Below are positions 47,081 to 57,478 of a stretch of DNA of 64,000 nt, piece by piece; the first letter of the stretch is position 1; each line of letters opens with the position of its first letter. The notes beneath the pieces are model-generated. The model saw only the letters and a list, made by a program, of their open reading frames with translations. It did no database searches and had not been told where the DNA came from. The translations under genes and the position numbers were made by a program. The stretch lies in the NCBI GenBank assembly GCA_965223415.1, contig OZ245002.1:864001-928000 (forward strand), in the 5' to 3' direction. This stretch comes from Myxococcota bacterium. GTDB lineage: Bacteria; Myxococcota_A; UBA9160; UBA6930.

Positions 47081-48129
47081 CCGAGCTTCGGCAGCACCTC
47101 CGCCGCCAGCATCTCCATGGACTCGAACACGTGCTCCTGGGGCAGCGTTCCGTGGTCGACGTGGAAGAGCTGACGATCGAGACCGACGGCCTCCCGGAAG
47201 CCTGCCAGGCGATCCAGCACCTGCTGGGGGCTGCCCGCGACGGCGGGGCCGGTCGTGATCGACGCGTCGAAGTCCGCCGGCGCGATGCGCGGCGGCTCGG
47301 CGCCGGGCGGCAGCACGGGAGCCAGGCCCCAGGGGAGGAGCGACTGGCCGACCCACTCGAAGTAGGCGAGGTGCCGGGGAGCGAAGCGCTCGCGGACGGT
47401 ATCGAGGTCCTTCGCACAGTGGGTGTGGGAGAGGGCGCCGACCAGGGGGCCTCCGTGGCCACGATCCCGGAAGCGCTCGCGGTACTGCTCGACCATCGGG
47501 GCGAAGTGGGGCGGGGGCATGATCACGCTGGGCAGCATGATCGGAAGGCCCAGCTCCGCGGCGAGGAGGACCGACTCCTCGGTGAAGCCGCCGCCGACCC
47601 AGAGCGGAGGATGGGGCTGCTGCGCCGGGCGCGGCTGCGCCGTGAAGCCCTCGAGGGGGCTGCGCAGCTCGCCCTGCCAGTGCACGTCCTCCTCGCTCCA
47701 CAGGCGGAGGACCAGCTCGATCTTCTCCGCGAAGAGCGCTCGGGACTGCGCGTAGTCATAGCCGAGATCGCCGTAGGTGCGGGCGAGGATGCCGCGGGAG
47801 ACAATCACTTCGGCGCGACCGTTCGAGAGCACGTCGACGGTGGCGTAGTCCTCGGCGAACTTCACCGGGTCGTGCACGGGGAGGAGCGCCGTCGCCGTGC
47901 TCAGCAGGATGCGTTCGGTGCGCATGGCCGCCGCGCCGAGGACGACGGACGGAGTAGAGGTGATGTAGTCGCAGCCGTGGTGCTCGCCGACGTGGAAGGA
48001 ATCGAAGCCCAACGCTTCGGCCTTCTCTGCCAGCTCGATCACCTCCCGGTGGTGCTCCACGGCCGTCCGCAGCCGTCCGGTGAGGGGATCGGGGCGGTTG
48101 TCCCCGAGCGAGATGATCCCGAACCTCAT
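47077..48129 (-). CDS. LLM class flavin-dependent oxidoreductase (luciferase-like)
   Basis: MRFGI, GEHH, DPVKFAEDYATVD.LSNGR, PRPAQQPHPPLWVGG. Confidence 0.92.
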   Translation of the reverse strand: MRFGIISLGDNRPDPLTGRLRTAVEHHREVIELAEKAEALGFDSFHVGEHHGCDYITSTPSVVLGAAAMRTERILLSTATALLPVHDPVKFAEDYATVDVLSNGRAEVIVSRGILARTYGDLGYDYAQSRALFAEKIELVLRLWSEEDVHWQGELRSPLEGFTAQPRPAQQPHPPLWVGGGFTEESVLLAAELGLPIMLPSVIMPPPHFAPMVEQYRERFRDRGHGGPLVGALSHTHCAKDLDTVRERFAPRHLAYFEWVGQSLLPWGLAPVLPPGAEPPRIAPADFDASITTGPAVAGSPQQVLDRLAGFREAVGLDRQLFHVDHGTLPQEHVFESMEMLAAEVLPKLG

Positions 48130-48201
48130 TGGGCCCTCCGTCGGACGAGGAGTCTACACCGCGGGCTCGCCTGGCCGCTGGGAACGTGCGACGGTGTGGA
48201 C

Positions 48202-49365
48202 ATGGATCGCGAAACCCTGATCGAGCGTGCCCGTGCCCTCGTTCCCGTCCTCGCCGAACGTGCCCAGCACTGCGAGGAGCTGCGGCGCCTCCCCGACGAG
48301 AGCGTGCGCGACTTCGAGGAAGCGGGCTTCTATCGCATCCTCCAGCCCGCCAAGTACGGCGGCTATGAGCTGCCGCCGATGGCGCTCTTCGAAGTCGTCA
48401 TCGAGTTGGCCCGCGGTTGCCCGTCGAGCGCCTGGTGCCTCGGGCTCGTGGCGCTCCACAACTGGGAGGTCGGGCTGCTCGATCCCCGGGCGGCGGAAGA
48501 TCTCTGGGGCCAGGACCCGAACGCCCGCTACTCGTCTTCCTACGCCGCCATGGGCCAGGTGGAGATGGTGGACGGCGGCTACCGGCTCTCGGGGCGCTGG
48601 GCCTTCTCGAGCGGCTGCGACCACTGCGGCTGGGTGATGGTCGGCGCCTCCGGCGCCGAGCGGAACGGCATGCCGGACCCGATCTCCCTGCTCGTCCCGC
48701 GGCCGGACTACGAGATCGTCGATACCTGGCACGTGGCCGGGCTGAAGGGCACCGGCAGCAAGGACATCGCCATCGGGGACGCCTTCGTCCCGGACTACCG
48801 GGTCCACCACCTGGCCGACAGCTTCGTGATGAACGATCCGGGCCGCGAGACCTTCACGGCACGGAGCTACCAGTACCCCTTCGGCATCGTGTTCGGGATG
48901 TGCCTCACCTCGGTGACCGTGGGGATCGCCGAGGCGGCCCACGACGCCTGCGCGGAGCTCCTGGGCCGCCGGCTCAATGCCCTCGACGGGACGCCGGTCG
49001 CGGAGGATCCCCTGAACCGCAAGCGGCTCGCCGAGACCCACGCCCGGCTCGCGGGCAATCGCCTGCGCTTCGACCAGACCTTCGAGCGCATGGACGCCCA
49101 CCTCGACCGGGGCGAGCCGATTCCCATCGCCCTGCGCGCCGAGCTGCACTGGAACCTGCAGGAGATCGCCCAGAGCAACGCGGAGCTGGTGACCACCTGC
49201 TTCAAGCTCTCCGGCGGCGGCGGCCTCCGCCTCGACAGCCCGATGCAGCGCTACTGGCGCGACGTCCACGCCGCGACCCAGCACGCCTTCCTCAACGCGG
49301 ACAAGGGGGCCGTGAACTTCGGCGGCGTGCAGGTGGGCGCCGAGAACCAGTTCTTCGTTCTCTAG
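48202..49365 (+). CDS. Acyl-CoA-dehydrogenase-fold flavin-dependent monooxygenase (HsaA-like)
   Basis: LQPAKYGG, CPSSAW, GRWAFSSGCDH, WHVAGLKGTGS, QRYWRDVH. Confidence 0.88.
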   Translation: MDRETLIERARALVPVLAERAQHCEELRRLPDESVRDFEEAGFYRILQPAKYGGYELPPMALFEVVIELARGCPSSAWCLGLVALHNWEVGLLDPRAAEDLWGQDPNARYSSSYAAMGQVEMVDGGYRLSGRWAFSSGCDHCGWVMVGASGAERNGMPDPISLLVPRPDYEIVDTWHVAGLKGTGSKDIAIGDAFVPDYRVHHLADSFVMNDPGRETFTARSYQYPFGIVFGMCLTSVTVGIAEAAHDACAELLGRRLNALDGTPVAEDPLNRKRLAETHARLAGNRLRFDQTFERMDAHLDRGEPIPIALRAELHWNLQEIAQSNAELVTTCFKLSGGGGLRLDSPMQRYWRDVHAATQHAFLNADKGAVNFGGVQVGAENQFFVL

Positions 49366-50201
49366 CTCGGTGAGAGGCCGCAGGCCTCCTCGCTCCACGC
49401 CCATAGCCGCGCCGCGAGCGCTTCGTCCCGGGCGTCCGCCGAGGGCGTCGACTCCTTCGTCTCCTTCCAGTAGCGGCCGCTGGCCTCCGCCAGCTCCGGA
49501 TCTGCGGCGAGCATCACCGGCCCCCTGGCGCCCTCCTCGACGCCCTTGAACATCAGGCCCACGGCCTTGCGCGCGATCCAGGGCAGGTCGCGGGTGATGT
49601 CGGTGGCGATGCCGCCGGGATGGACCGCGTTGGAGGTGACGCCGCTCCCCTCGAGGCGCCGGGCCAGCTCGTTCGAGAACAGCAGGTTTCCGAGCTTGCT
49701 CTGGTTGTAGGCGGCGCTGGCCTTGTAGGGCCTCTCACCGCGGAAGCTCTCGAAGTCGATGCTGCCCTTGGCATGGAGCATCGAGGTGAGATGGACGATG
49801 CGGACTGGGGCGCTGGCCCGAAGCTTGTCGAGCAGGAGCCGCGTGAGCAGGTAGGGCCCCAGGTAGTTCACGCCCCACTGGGACTCGAAGCCGTCCTCGG
49901 TCAGGACGCGCTTCTGGGGGAAGATGCCGGCGTTGTTCACGAGCACGTCGATGCGCGGGAGATCGGCACCGGCCTTGTCCGCGAAGGCGCGGACCCCGGC
50001 CAGGGAGGCGAGATCCAGCTCGCGGACCTCGAGCTGGCCACGGCCGCCGGTCTCCGCCTCGATCTCCGCCCGCGCCGCTTCCCCGCGCGAGGCGCTGCGG
50101 CACGCCATCACGACCCGCGCGCCGCGCTTCGCCAGCTCGAGGGTGGTCTGCTTGCCGATCCCCGTGTTGGCGCCAGTGAGCACCACGACCTTGCCGTCCA
50201 T
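49362..50201 (-). CDS. SDR oxidoreductase (retinol dehydrogenase-like)
   Basis: TGANTGIG, LDLASL, NNAGI, YNQSKL, VHPG. Confidence 0.92.
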   Translation of the reverse strand: MDGKVVVLTGANTGIGKQTTLELAKRGARVVMACRSASRGEAARAEIEAETGGRGQLEVRELDLASLAGVRAFADKAGADLPRIDVLVNNAGIFPQKRVLTEDGFESQWGVNYLGPYLLTRLLLDKLRASAPVRIVHLTSMLHAKGSIDFESFRGERPYKASAAYNQSKLGNLLFSNELARRLEGSGVTSNAVHPGGIATDITRDLPWIARKAVGLMFKGVEEGARGPVMLAADPELAEASGRYWKETKESTPSADARDEALAARLWAWSEEACGLSPS

Positions 50202-50830
50202 CACAGGTTCTCCCTGTAGTCGGCCTCGATGCCCTCGTCGATGGCCTTCGCGGCCTCCTCGTCGGCACCGAGCCTTCGGGCGAACATCTCGCCGAAGGAG
50301 ATCCGCTTCCGCTCGGGCCAGCTGTCGGCCTTCCACAGCTTCGAGCGGATGAAGGCCTTCGCGCAGTGAAAGAAGCACTCGTCGACCCGGACGCGGATGG
50401 CCAGCACGGCCGGCTTGCCGCGAGCGGCGAGCCGCTCGAGGAGCGCGGGCTCCCGGGTCAGCTCGGCGGTGCCGTTCACCCGCAGCGTCTCCGGCGTTCC
50501 CGGGATCAGGAAGAGGAGACCCACCCGGGGGTTGGCCAGCAGGTTCAGGTGACCGTAGGCGAGCTTGTTCCCCGGCCGGTCGGGGATGACGAGGGTCTTC
50601 TCGTCGAGGACGCGCACGAAGCCTGCCGCATCGCCCTTGGGCGAGGCGTCGAGGTTGCCCTCGGTGTCCGCGGTCGAGAGCACGAGGAAGGGGGAGCGCG
50701 CGATGAAGTCACGGGCGAACTCGTCCAGCTCCGCCTGGTTCTTCAGGTCGAGCCCGGGCACGGGTGCGCCGACGATCTCGCGGAGCTCCTGGGCGGTGTG
50801 CACGACGTGGGGGTCGCGGGGCGGGACCAT
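50201..50830 (-). CDS. Pyridoxamine 5'-phosphate oxidase-like FMN-binding protein (MSMEG_1061 family)
   Basis: DASPKGD, IPDRPGN, GLLFLIPG..ETLRVNG, FHCAKAFIRSKLW. Confidence 0.88.
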   Translation of the reverse strand: MVPPRDPHVVHTAQELREIVGAPVPGLDLKNQAELDEFARDFIARSPFLVLSTADTEGNLDASPKGDAAGFVRVLDEKTLVIPDRPGNKLAYGHLNLLANPRVGLLFLIPGTPETLRVNGTAELTREPALLERLAARGKPAVLAIRVRVDECFFHCAKAFIRSKLWKADSWPERKRISFGEMFARRLGADEEAAKAIDEGIEADYRENL

Positions 50831-50896
50831 GGGAACCTCCAGCTTTGGGGGGGAGAGCAGACTAGCCGATTCGGGTCCCGCTATGGTCTCGGGTCC

Positions 50897-51640
50897 ATGA
50901 GCGACGGCCGTTCGGACCTGCGGATCCTGCTCCTCCAGATCCGCGACCAGGCGCGCACGCGGAGGGAGGAGCACGAGAGCTTCGCCGCCCAGGCGGGTCT
51001 GGCTCCCGGGCAGATCGAGATCCTGAACGTCTTCGACACCCCGCGCTTCCCCGCGGCGGCGGCCGAGGGCTACGACGCGCTCTTCGTGGGCGGTGCCAGC
51101 GAGGCCAGCGTCCTCGAGCCCGAGACCTACGGCTTCGTCCCCTACTGCACCGACCTGCTCCTGCACGCCCGGGACGCCGGCCAGCCCGTCTTCGCCTCCT
51201 GCTTCGGCTTCCAGCTGGCGGTGATCGCCTTCGGCGGAAGCATCGTGCGGGACGCAGCCGACTTCGAGATGGGGACCATCCCCATCCGTCTGACGGCCGA
51301 AGCGAAGGACGACCCGATCCTGCACGACACGCCGGACGGCTTCCTGGCGGTCTCCGTGCACCGCGAGCGGACAAGGGCGGCACCGGAGGGCTGCCAGGAG
51401 CTGGCCTTCACCGACGCCTGCTGTCACGTCTTCCGGGTGACCGGCCAGCCCTTCTGGGCGTTCCAGTTCCACCCGGAGGTGGATCGCGCCACCCTGATCG
51501 AGCGGCTCACGGTGTTCAAGGCCCACTACACCGAGAGCGACGGCCACCTGAAGGAGGTGCTGGACGCGGCCGAGGAGACGCCGGAGTCGAATCGGCTCGT
51601 GACCAAGTTCGTCGAGCGGGTGCTCCTAGGTCACGGGTGA
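50897..51640 (+). CDS. Type 1 glutamine amidotransferase-like protein
   Basis: SCFGFQ nucleophile, QFHPE triad. Confidence 0.88.
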   Translation: MSDGRSDLRILLLQIRDQARTRREEHESFAAQAGLAPGQIEILNVFDTPRFPAAAAEGYDALFVGGASEASVLEPETYGFVPYCTDLLLHARDAGQPVFASCFGFQLAVIAFGGSIVRDAADFEMGTIPIRLTAEAKDDPILHDTPDGFLAVSVHRERTRAAPEGCQELAFTDACCHVFRVTGQPFWAFQFHPEVDRATLIERLTVFKAHYTESDGHLKEVLDAAEETPESNRLVTKFVERVLLGHG

Positions 51641-54600
51641 GCGCGGCTCGCCCGCACGGGCGCCGAGGTTGCCGTAGCGGTGGTAGTCCACGCACAGGCT
51701 CTGCTCGCGCAGCACCTGGAGCAGCTCGAGGCGACCCACGGCGAGGACCGGTGCGGTCGCCAGGAACAGGCCCGTCTCGGCGGCGGCACGGCGCACGACG
51801 TCGGCCACACGGTCCGCGCCGGCGTACCGTACGCGCTCGGTCTGCCCACGGCGGATCACCTCCGCAAGAGCCTCGTCGGACTCCTCGACGAACTCGATGC
51901 TGGCCGCCCAGGAGTCCGTGAGCTCGTGGAGGAGCTCCACGGGGGGAGGAGAGCCGGCCCCGGAGCTGACGGTGATGCCACAGCCCGCCGCGCGAGCCGC
52001 CAGCACCCGGGCGACCACGTCGAAGCCGTCGTCCGTGGCGTGGATGCGGATCCGCAGATGACCGATCGCCAGGTAGCGGCGTCGGTTGTCCTGGCCGAGC
52101 AGGCGGACGTCGTCGTGCTCGCGCCCGAACTCCTCGGCCATGGCACGCTCGTAGCTCGCGGCGGCCCGGTGCAGGCGCGCCAGGGTGGCCGGCGGGAGCG
52201 CCCGCCGCGCCTGGAGCTGCGCGAGCAGCTCGGCGACACGCTCGTCCGCGAGCGGGCCCCCTTCTTCCCCTCCCGACTTCTCCCGAAAGCGCATCAGGGA
52301 GGCCACGTAGCTCGGCCCGCCGGCCTTGATCCCGGGCCCGACGGCGCTCTTCGCCATGCCGCCGAAGGGCTGGCGCAGGACGATGGCGCCGGTGGTTCCG
52401 CGGTTGACGTAGAGGTTGCCTGCGCGCACGCGCTGCGCCCAATGCTCCTGCTCCCGATCGTCGAGGCTGTGCAGGCCGGAGGTGAGGCCATAGCCGGTCT
52501 GGTGCACCAGATCGATGGCGTGATCGAGATCGTCCGCGCGCATCACACCGAGCACTGGCCCGAAGAGCTCGGTGGTGTGCGTCGTGCTCCCGGCCGCCAC
52601 GCCCCACTTGATGCCCGGCGACCAGAGGCGCGGGTTGTCGAGCGTTCGACGTGGTCGAACGGCCCAGGACTCCCCGGCCTCGAGCTCCTTCAGGCCCCGC
52701 TCGAGGGCGCCGCGGGGCGGACGGATCAGCGGCCCGACCACCGTCCGGAAGTTCCAAGCGGATCCGACGCGGAGGCTCTCGGTCGCGTCGCAGAGCGTGC
52801 GGCGGAAGCCCTCGTCCTCGTACACCTCGCGCTCCAGGATCAGGAGCGAGGTGGCCGAGCACTTCTGTCCGGCGTGGCCGAAGGCGCACTTGACCACGTG
52901 CTTGATGGCCAGGTCGCGGTCGGACATGGCGGTGACCACGCTGGCGTTCTTGCCGCCGGTCTCCGCCAGGAGCGGGAGATCCGGGCGCAGCGAGAGCAGA
53001 TGGAAGGCAGTGGCGGTGCCGCCGGTGAACACGACGGCGCCCACCTCCTCGTGGGTCGCGAGACGGGTGGCCGCGTCCTCGTTGGCGCCGTAGACGAATT
53101 GGAGCGCGTTCCGGCTCACGCCGGCAGCCCAGAAGCACTCGCAGAGCATCCAGGCCGCGGCGACGGTCTCGGGGGCGGGCTTCAGGATCACCGTGTTCCC
53201 CGCGGCGAGCGCTGCGGCGACGCCGCCGCAGGGAATGGCGACGGGGAAGTTCCAGGGCGGAATCACCGCGACGACCCCGGGTGCGGAGGCCTCCACGCCC
53301 GGCAACTCGGCGAAGGCCTCGGCGCTGCGCGCGTAGAACTCGCAGAAATCGACGGCCTCGGAGACCTCGGGATCCGACTCGGGCAGCACCTTGCCGCCCT
53401 CGGCGAGGGCGATGCCCATCAGGTCGGAGCGGCGCTCGCGGATCTGCCGAGCGACCCGCCGGAGCAGGTCGCCGCGCTCTCGCGCGGAGAGCGCGCGCCA
53501 TCCGTCCGGATCGCTGCGGGCGCAGGCCACCGCTTCCTCCACGTCGGCGACGCTACCCACTCGGAAGCGCGCCACCACCGTGCCGGGGCGCGAGGGATCC
53601 TCGGACGTCGCGACCGAGCGATCCTCGAAGACCTCCCGTCCCGCGATCACCAGGGGAACTTCGAGGGCGTGCTCGCCGCATCTCCCCTCCCAGCGCGAGG
53701 CGAGATCGGTCGCCCACGCGACGTTGGCGGGAAGCGCGAAGTCCGTGTCGGGCTCGTTGCGGAAGCGCCCGCCGGAGGGAGGAGGCGGCGGTCGCCTCCG
53801 GTCCTGGGTGCGCCGGGGCGCGTCCGCAAGGGAGGAAATCCGCCCGAAGGCCTCGACGAAGTCGCGCTCCAAGTGACGCCACTCCTCGGAGTCGACCGAG
53901 AGGCGGAAGGCGTGACGCAGGAAGTTGTCTGGCCCGGTGTTCTCGTCGAGACGCCGGACCAGGTAGCCGATGGCGTGGATGAAGTGCTCGCGGGGACAGG
54001 CCGGCGCGTAGAGGAGCACGTCCCGGGTCTCCTCGAACAGCGCGCGGCGCTGATGGTTCGCCATCCCTTCGAGCATCTCGAGGTGCACCGCGTCCTGGAC
54101 GCCTCGGGCCTCGGCGAGAACGAGGCCGTAGGCCAGCTCGAACAGGTTGTGGGAAGCGACGCCCACCCGCACCGCCCGGGCGTGATCCGGCTCCAGGGCG
54201 TAGCGGAGCATCCGCTTGTAGCTGGCGTCGGTCTCGGCCTTGGTCTGGAAGGGAGCGGCGGGCCAGCCCCGCAGCGAGGCCTCGACCCGCTCCATCTCCA
54301 TGTTCGCGCCCTTGACGATGCGCAGGGTGACCGGCGCGCCGCCGGCTTCCACGCGCGCCATCGCCCACTCGGTGATCCGCTGCTGGGCGGCGAAGGAATC
54401 CGGGACGTAGGCCTGGAGCACGATCCCGGCCCGGGCATCGCGGAGCCCGGGCCGATCGAGGGTGCGCAGGAAGGTCTCGACGGTGATGGCGAGATCCCGG
54501 TACTCCTCCATGTCGAGGTAGACGAGCTTCGGCACGCGGCGACCGTCGGCCCGGACGAAGTGCTCCTTCGCGGCGGCCCGCACCAGCAGCTCGAGGCGAT

Positions 54601-55225
54601 CGCAGAGCCGCTGCACGGTCGGCTCGAAGGCCAGGGACGAGATCTGGGAGAAGATCGTCGAGACCTTGACCGAGACCACCTCGATGTCCGGGCTCTGGAG
54701 TGCCAGCAGATAGGCTTCGAGGCGGCGCTCCGCCTCCTCCTCGCCGAGCAGCGCCTCGCCGAGGAAGTTGACGTTCATGCGCACGCCCTCCTCCCGGCGC
54801 GCGCGCAGATGCTCGGCCAGGAGCTCCGGCTCCGCCGGCAGGATCACGTTGGCGGTCTCCTGCTGCATCTTCTCCTTCACCAGCGGCACGGCCACCCCCG
54901 GCAGGTAGCCGCCGAAGGATTGAAAGCCGCGCAGCAGGGTGCGATCCAGGGGCGAGAAGAAGCGGGGCACCCCCTGCACGTCCAGGATGTGGGTGAGCTG
55001 GTCGGCGGAGCGCCGGGCCCTGGTCGAACGGAAGGCCTGGTCGGTCATCTGGACCAGGGTCGCCTTGTCCTCCGGGTGCTGGATCATCCGGTCGAACTCG
55101 GCCTGCTGCCTGCGCTCCTGGGGCGTCTGCAGGGCTGTGGCCCGCTCCTGGAGCCGACGCGCGAGCCGGGCGGCCCTCTCGACAAGCTCCGTGTCAGCGG
55201 GAGAAGACGAGATCTTCGAGCTCAT
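51626..55225 (-). CDS. putA: Bifunctional proline dehydrogenase / L-glutamate gamma-semialdehyde dehydrogenase
   Basis: LDMEEY, RIVKGAN, YLVRRLDEN (PRODH); PWNFP, FTGGT, ETGGKN, GQKCSA, ELFGPV (ALDH). Confidence 0.93.
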   Translation of the reverse strand: MSSKISSSPADTELVERAARLARRLQERATALQTPQERRQQAEFDRMIQHPEDKATLVQMTDQAFRSTRARRSADQLTHILDVQGVPRFFSPLDRTLLRGFQSFGGYLPGVAVPLVKEKMQQETANVILPAEPELLAEHLRARREEGVRMNVNFLGEALLGEEEAERRLEAYLLALQSPDIEVVSVKVSTIFSQISSLAFEPTVQRLCDRLELLVRAAAKEHFVRADGRRVPKLVYLDMEEYRDLAITVETFLRTLDRPGLRDARAGIVLQAYVPDSFAAQQRITEWAMARVEAGGAPVTLRIVKGANMEMERVEASLRGWPAAPFQTKAETDASYKRMLRYALEPDHARAVRVGVASHNLFELAYGLVLAEARGVQDAVHLEMLEGMANHQRRALFEETRDVLLYAPACPREHFIHAIGYLVRRLDENTGPDNFLRHAFRLSVDSEEWRHLERDFVEAFGRISSLADAPRRTQDRRRPPPPPSGGRFRNEPDTDFALPANVAWATDLASRWEGRCGEHALEVPLVIAGREVFEDRSVATSEDPSRPGTVVARFRVGSVADVEEAVACARSDPDGWRALSARERGDLLRRVARQIRERRSDLMGIALAEGGKVLPESDPEVSEAVDFCEFYARSAEAFAELPGVEASAPGVVAVIPPWNFPVAIPCGGVAAALAAGNTVILKPAPETVAAAWMLCECFWAAGVSRNALQFVYGANEDAATRLATHEEVGAVVFTGGTATAFHLLSLRPDLPLLAETGGKNASVVTAMSDRDLAIKHVVKCAFGHAGQKCSATSLLILEREVYEDEGFRRTLCDATESLRVGSAWNFRTVVGPLIRPPRGALERGLKELEAGESWAVRPRRTLDNPRLWSPGIKWGVAAGSTTHTTELFGPVLGVMRADDLDHAIDLVHQTGYGLTSGLHSLDDREQEHWAQRVRAGNLYVNRGTTGAIVLRQPFGGMAKSAVGPGIKAGGPSYVASLMRFREKSGGEEGGPLADERVAELLAQLQARRALPPATLARLHRAAASYERAMAEEFGREHDDVRLLGQDNRRRYLAIGHLRIRIHATDDGFDVVARVLAARAAGCGITVSSGAGSPPPVELLHELTDSWAASIEFVEESDEALAEVIRRGQTERVRYAGADRVADVVRRAAAETGLFLATAPVLAVGRLELLQVLREQSLCVDYHRYGNLGARAGEPRSPVT

Positions 55226-56384
55226 CGGCGGCGCGGGTGAGGCTCACATTCCCATCGTCGGTCACGAGCACGGTGTCCGAATGGCGGAAGCCGCCGATGC
55301 CGGGCAGGTAGATCCCGGGCTCGACGCTGAAGAGCATGCCCGGCTCGATCTCCCGCTCGTAGGAGACGGCCAGAAAGGGTGCCTCGTGGCCGGTGACGCC
55401 GAAGCTGTGGCCGGTGCGGTGCAGGACCGCGTCCAGGTAGCCGTGCTTCTCGAAGTGGTCGCGCACCACCCGGTCCACTTCCGCCATGCTCTCCCCGGGG
55501 CGCGTGCGCTCGAAGGCGAGCCGGCGGGCCTCCCTCATCACCTCGAAGGGGCGGCGGGCCGCCTCGGGAACCGCGTTCAGGAAGAAGCTGCGCTCGATCT
55601 CTGCGCCGTAGCCGTTGACCCGGCTGTTGATGACGCTGACGTGGGGGCCGCCCTCTTCGAGCTGCACGAAGACGTCGGTGAAGTTATGGGGATCGTGGGA
55701 GAGGGACGGCGGCTGGACGACGGCAGCGAAGGTGCTGGCCAGCATATTCGCATTGGGCATGTCGCGCAGCATGCGCCCGCTCATCGAGCGGGTGACCTGG
55801 CCGAAGATCCCGATGGCGAGCTGGCCGGGATGGCAGAGCCCGACGAGCTCCTCGTGGCCCTCGCTCACCACCTGGGAGGCATGAGCGAGGCGGCCGAGCT
55901 CGTAGGACGTCTTCACCATGCGGGCCTCGTCGACCACGTCGCTGCGCACGCGCTCGCCGGGGATCTCCTCTGCTACCTGGAGCGGGCAGACGGATTCGAC
56001 ACCGACCCGCGCCGCACCGCCCAGCGCCTCGCGGAGCCGATCGCTCCAGGCCTCGCCCGCCGGCGCCGGGAACTCGAAGTAGCGCACGAGCTCGAGCTCC
56101 CCCACGGCGCGCACCCGCACGTGCTCCTCCTCCAGGTGGGGCACGACGAAGCGCAACGGCCCCTCCCGCGGCACGACCAGCACGAAGGGACGCTCGTGGA
56201 CGTAGTTGTGGAAGTTCGTCAGGTAGAAGACGTTGTCGGGACCGTGGGCCACGTAGGCGTCGAGGCCCAGGGCCTGCATCCGCTCGCGGACGCGACCGAG
56301 GCGGAGCGCCATCTCGGCGGCGTCCGGCGGCGCGACGACGGGCTCGGGCAGGGAGCTGGAAGCGGCAGCCATGGGTTCCCTCAC
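55194..56384 (-). CDS. M24 (pita-bread fold) Xaa-Pro peptidase/creatinase-family hydrolase
   Basis: Creatinase_N region (NVFYLT), RMVKT, HRTGHSFG, HEAP, EPGIY, RHSDT. Confidence 0.85.
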   Translation of the reverse strand: MREPMAAASSSLPEPVVAPPDAAEMALRLGRVRERMQALGLDAYVAHGPDNVFYLTNFHNYVHERPFVLVVPREGPLRFVVPHLEEEHVRVRAVGELELVRYFEFPAPAGEAWSDRLREALGGAARVGVESVCPLQVAEEIPGERVRSDVVDEARMVKTSYELGRLAHASQVVSEGHEELVGLCHPGQLAIGIFGQVTRSMSGRMLRDMPNANMLASTFAAVVQPPSLSHDPHNFTDVFVQLEEGGPHVSVINSRVNGYGAEIERSFFLNAVPEAARRPFEVMREARRLAFERTRPGESMAEVDRVVRDHFEKHGYLDAVLHRTGHSFGVTGHEAPFLAVSYEREIEPGMLFSVEPGIYLPGIGGFRHSDTVLVTDDGNVSLTRAADELEDLVFSR

Positions 56385-56392
56385 CGATGAGG

Positions 56393-57439
56393 CTACTCGA
56401 TTCCGGCCACCCGGCGCAGGGCGTCCCTCGCCTCCAGCTCCTCGATGGCCCGCTCGGCGCGCTCGAGGAAGGCGGCCGCGAAACGCTCCTGGCCAGGAGG
56501 CTGGCCTTCCGGGAAGGTGACGAGGGGGCAGGAGGCCGGAACCGTGTAGGAGGCCTGGACGCGATGCTGCAGCCAGGCGTCCTCGAAGTCGATCGGCGCG
56601 CCGCCGGCTTCGCGCCGCGCCTCCAGGTAGCGCTCGATCAGCTCGCGCTCGTGGCGGCGGCGAAGCTCCGGGGAGAGCGCCATGCAGAGGAAGTAGCCGA
56701 CGTCGCGAAGCGGCGGGCCCAGCTGGATCAGGCCCCAGTCGAAGAAGCCGACGCGCTCGCCGTCCAGGAACAGGTTGCCGATGTGGCCGTCGCCCTGGAG
56801 GACGGTCTCGCCGCCTCGCTCCCAGGCGGCCTCGAGCTCGGCCTGGCGCCCGATGTAGAGCTGCGCCAGCTCGGCGAAGGCGTCGCTGAGCCGCTCGCGA
56901 TGGTGGTCGAGGCCGAGCTGGAGGAGCGTCGTCCCGAAGTCGCTGCCCGCGGGCATGGGCTCGACCCAGGCCGCCTCCCGGGCCCGGCGCGCCGGGTCCT
57001 CGTAGCGAACGTGGAGCGCGGCGAAGTCGCGCATCGCGCCGGCGGCCTGCTCGAAGCCGAGCCCGGCGACCAGGTCCGGAAGCCGGCAGCCCGTCGCCTC
57101 CAGGTCCTCGACGAGCAGGAGGAACGCCCCGCTGGCCTCGTCGAAGCGGGCCAGGAAGGGACGCGGCACGCGCATCGGCACCCGACTGGCGAGGCTCGCG
57201 TAGAAGAGCGCTTCCCGGCGGCCCATGCCCGTGCGGTTGACCGCTTCCCTTCGTGCCGCATCCAGGGGCGGCAGCTTCAGGAAGAGGGTCTCGGGCAGGT
57301 CGCCATCGATGCGGAGCCGCGCGTTCGAGTTCGTGCCGTGCCGGATCTCCAGCACCTCGACCGACGCCACGCCCACGCCCAGGGCCTCGGACAGCCAGGC
57401 CGGTGTGATCTCCGCGGGCTCGGTGGGAAGCGCCGGCAC
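56393..57439 (-). CDS. Aminoglycoside/choline kinase-like phosphotransferase
   Basis: ITPAWLS, REALFY, LLVEDL, QGDGHIGN, FFDW. Confidence 0.85.
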   Translation of the reverse strand: MPALPTEPAEITPAWLSEALGVGVASVEVLEIRHGTNSNARLRIDGDLPETLFLKLPPLDAARREAVNRTGMGRREALFYASLASRVPMRVPRPFLARFDEASGAFLLLVEDLEATGCRLPDLVAGLGFEQAAGAMRDFAALHVRYEDPARRAREAAWVEPMPAGSDFGTTLLQLGLDHHRERLSDAFAELAQLYIGRQAELEAAWERGGETVLQGDGHIGNLFLDGERVGFFDWGLIQLGPPLRDVGYFLCMALSPELRRRHERELIERYLEARREAGGAPIDFEDAWLQHRVQASYTVPASCPLVTFPEGQPPGQERFAAAFLERAERAIEELEARDALRRVAGIE

Positions 57440-57478
57440 CCGGCCAGGCTAGCGCCTCCGCCGGGCTATCGTGGCGGC

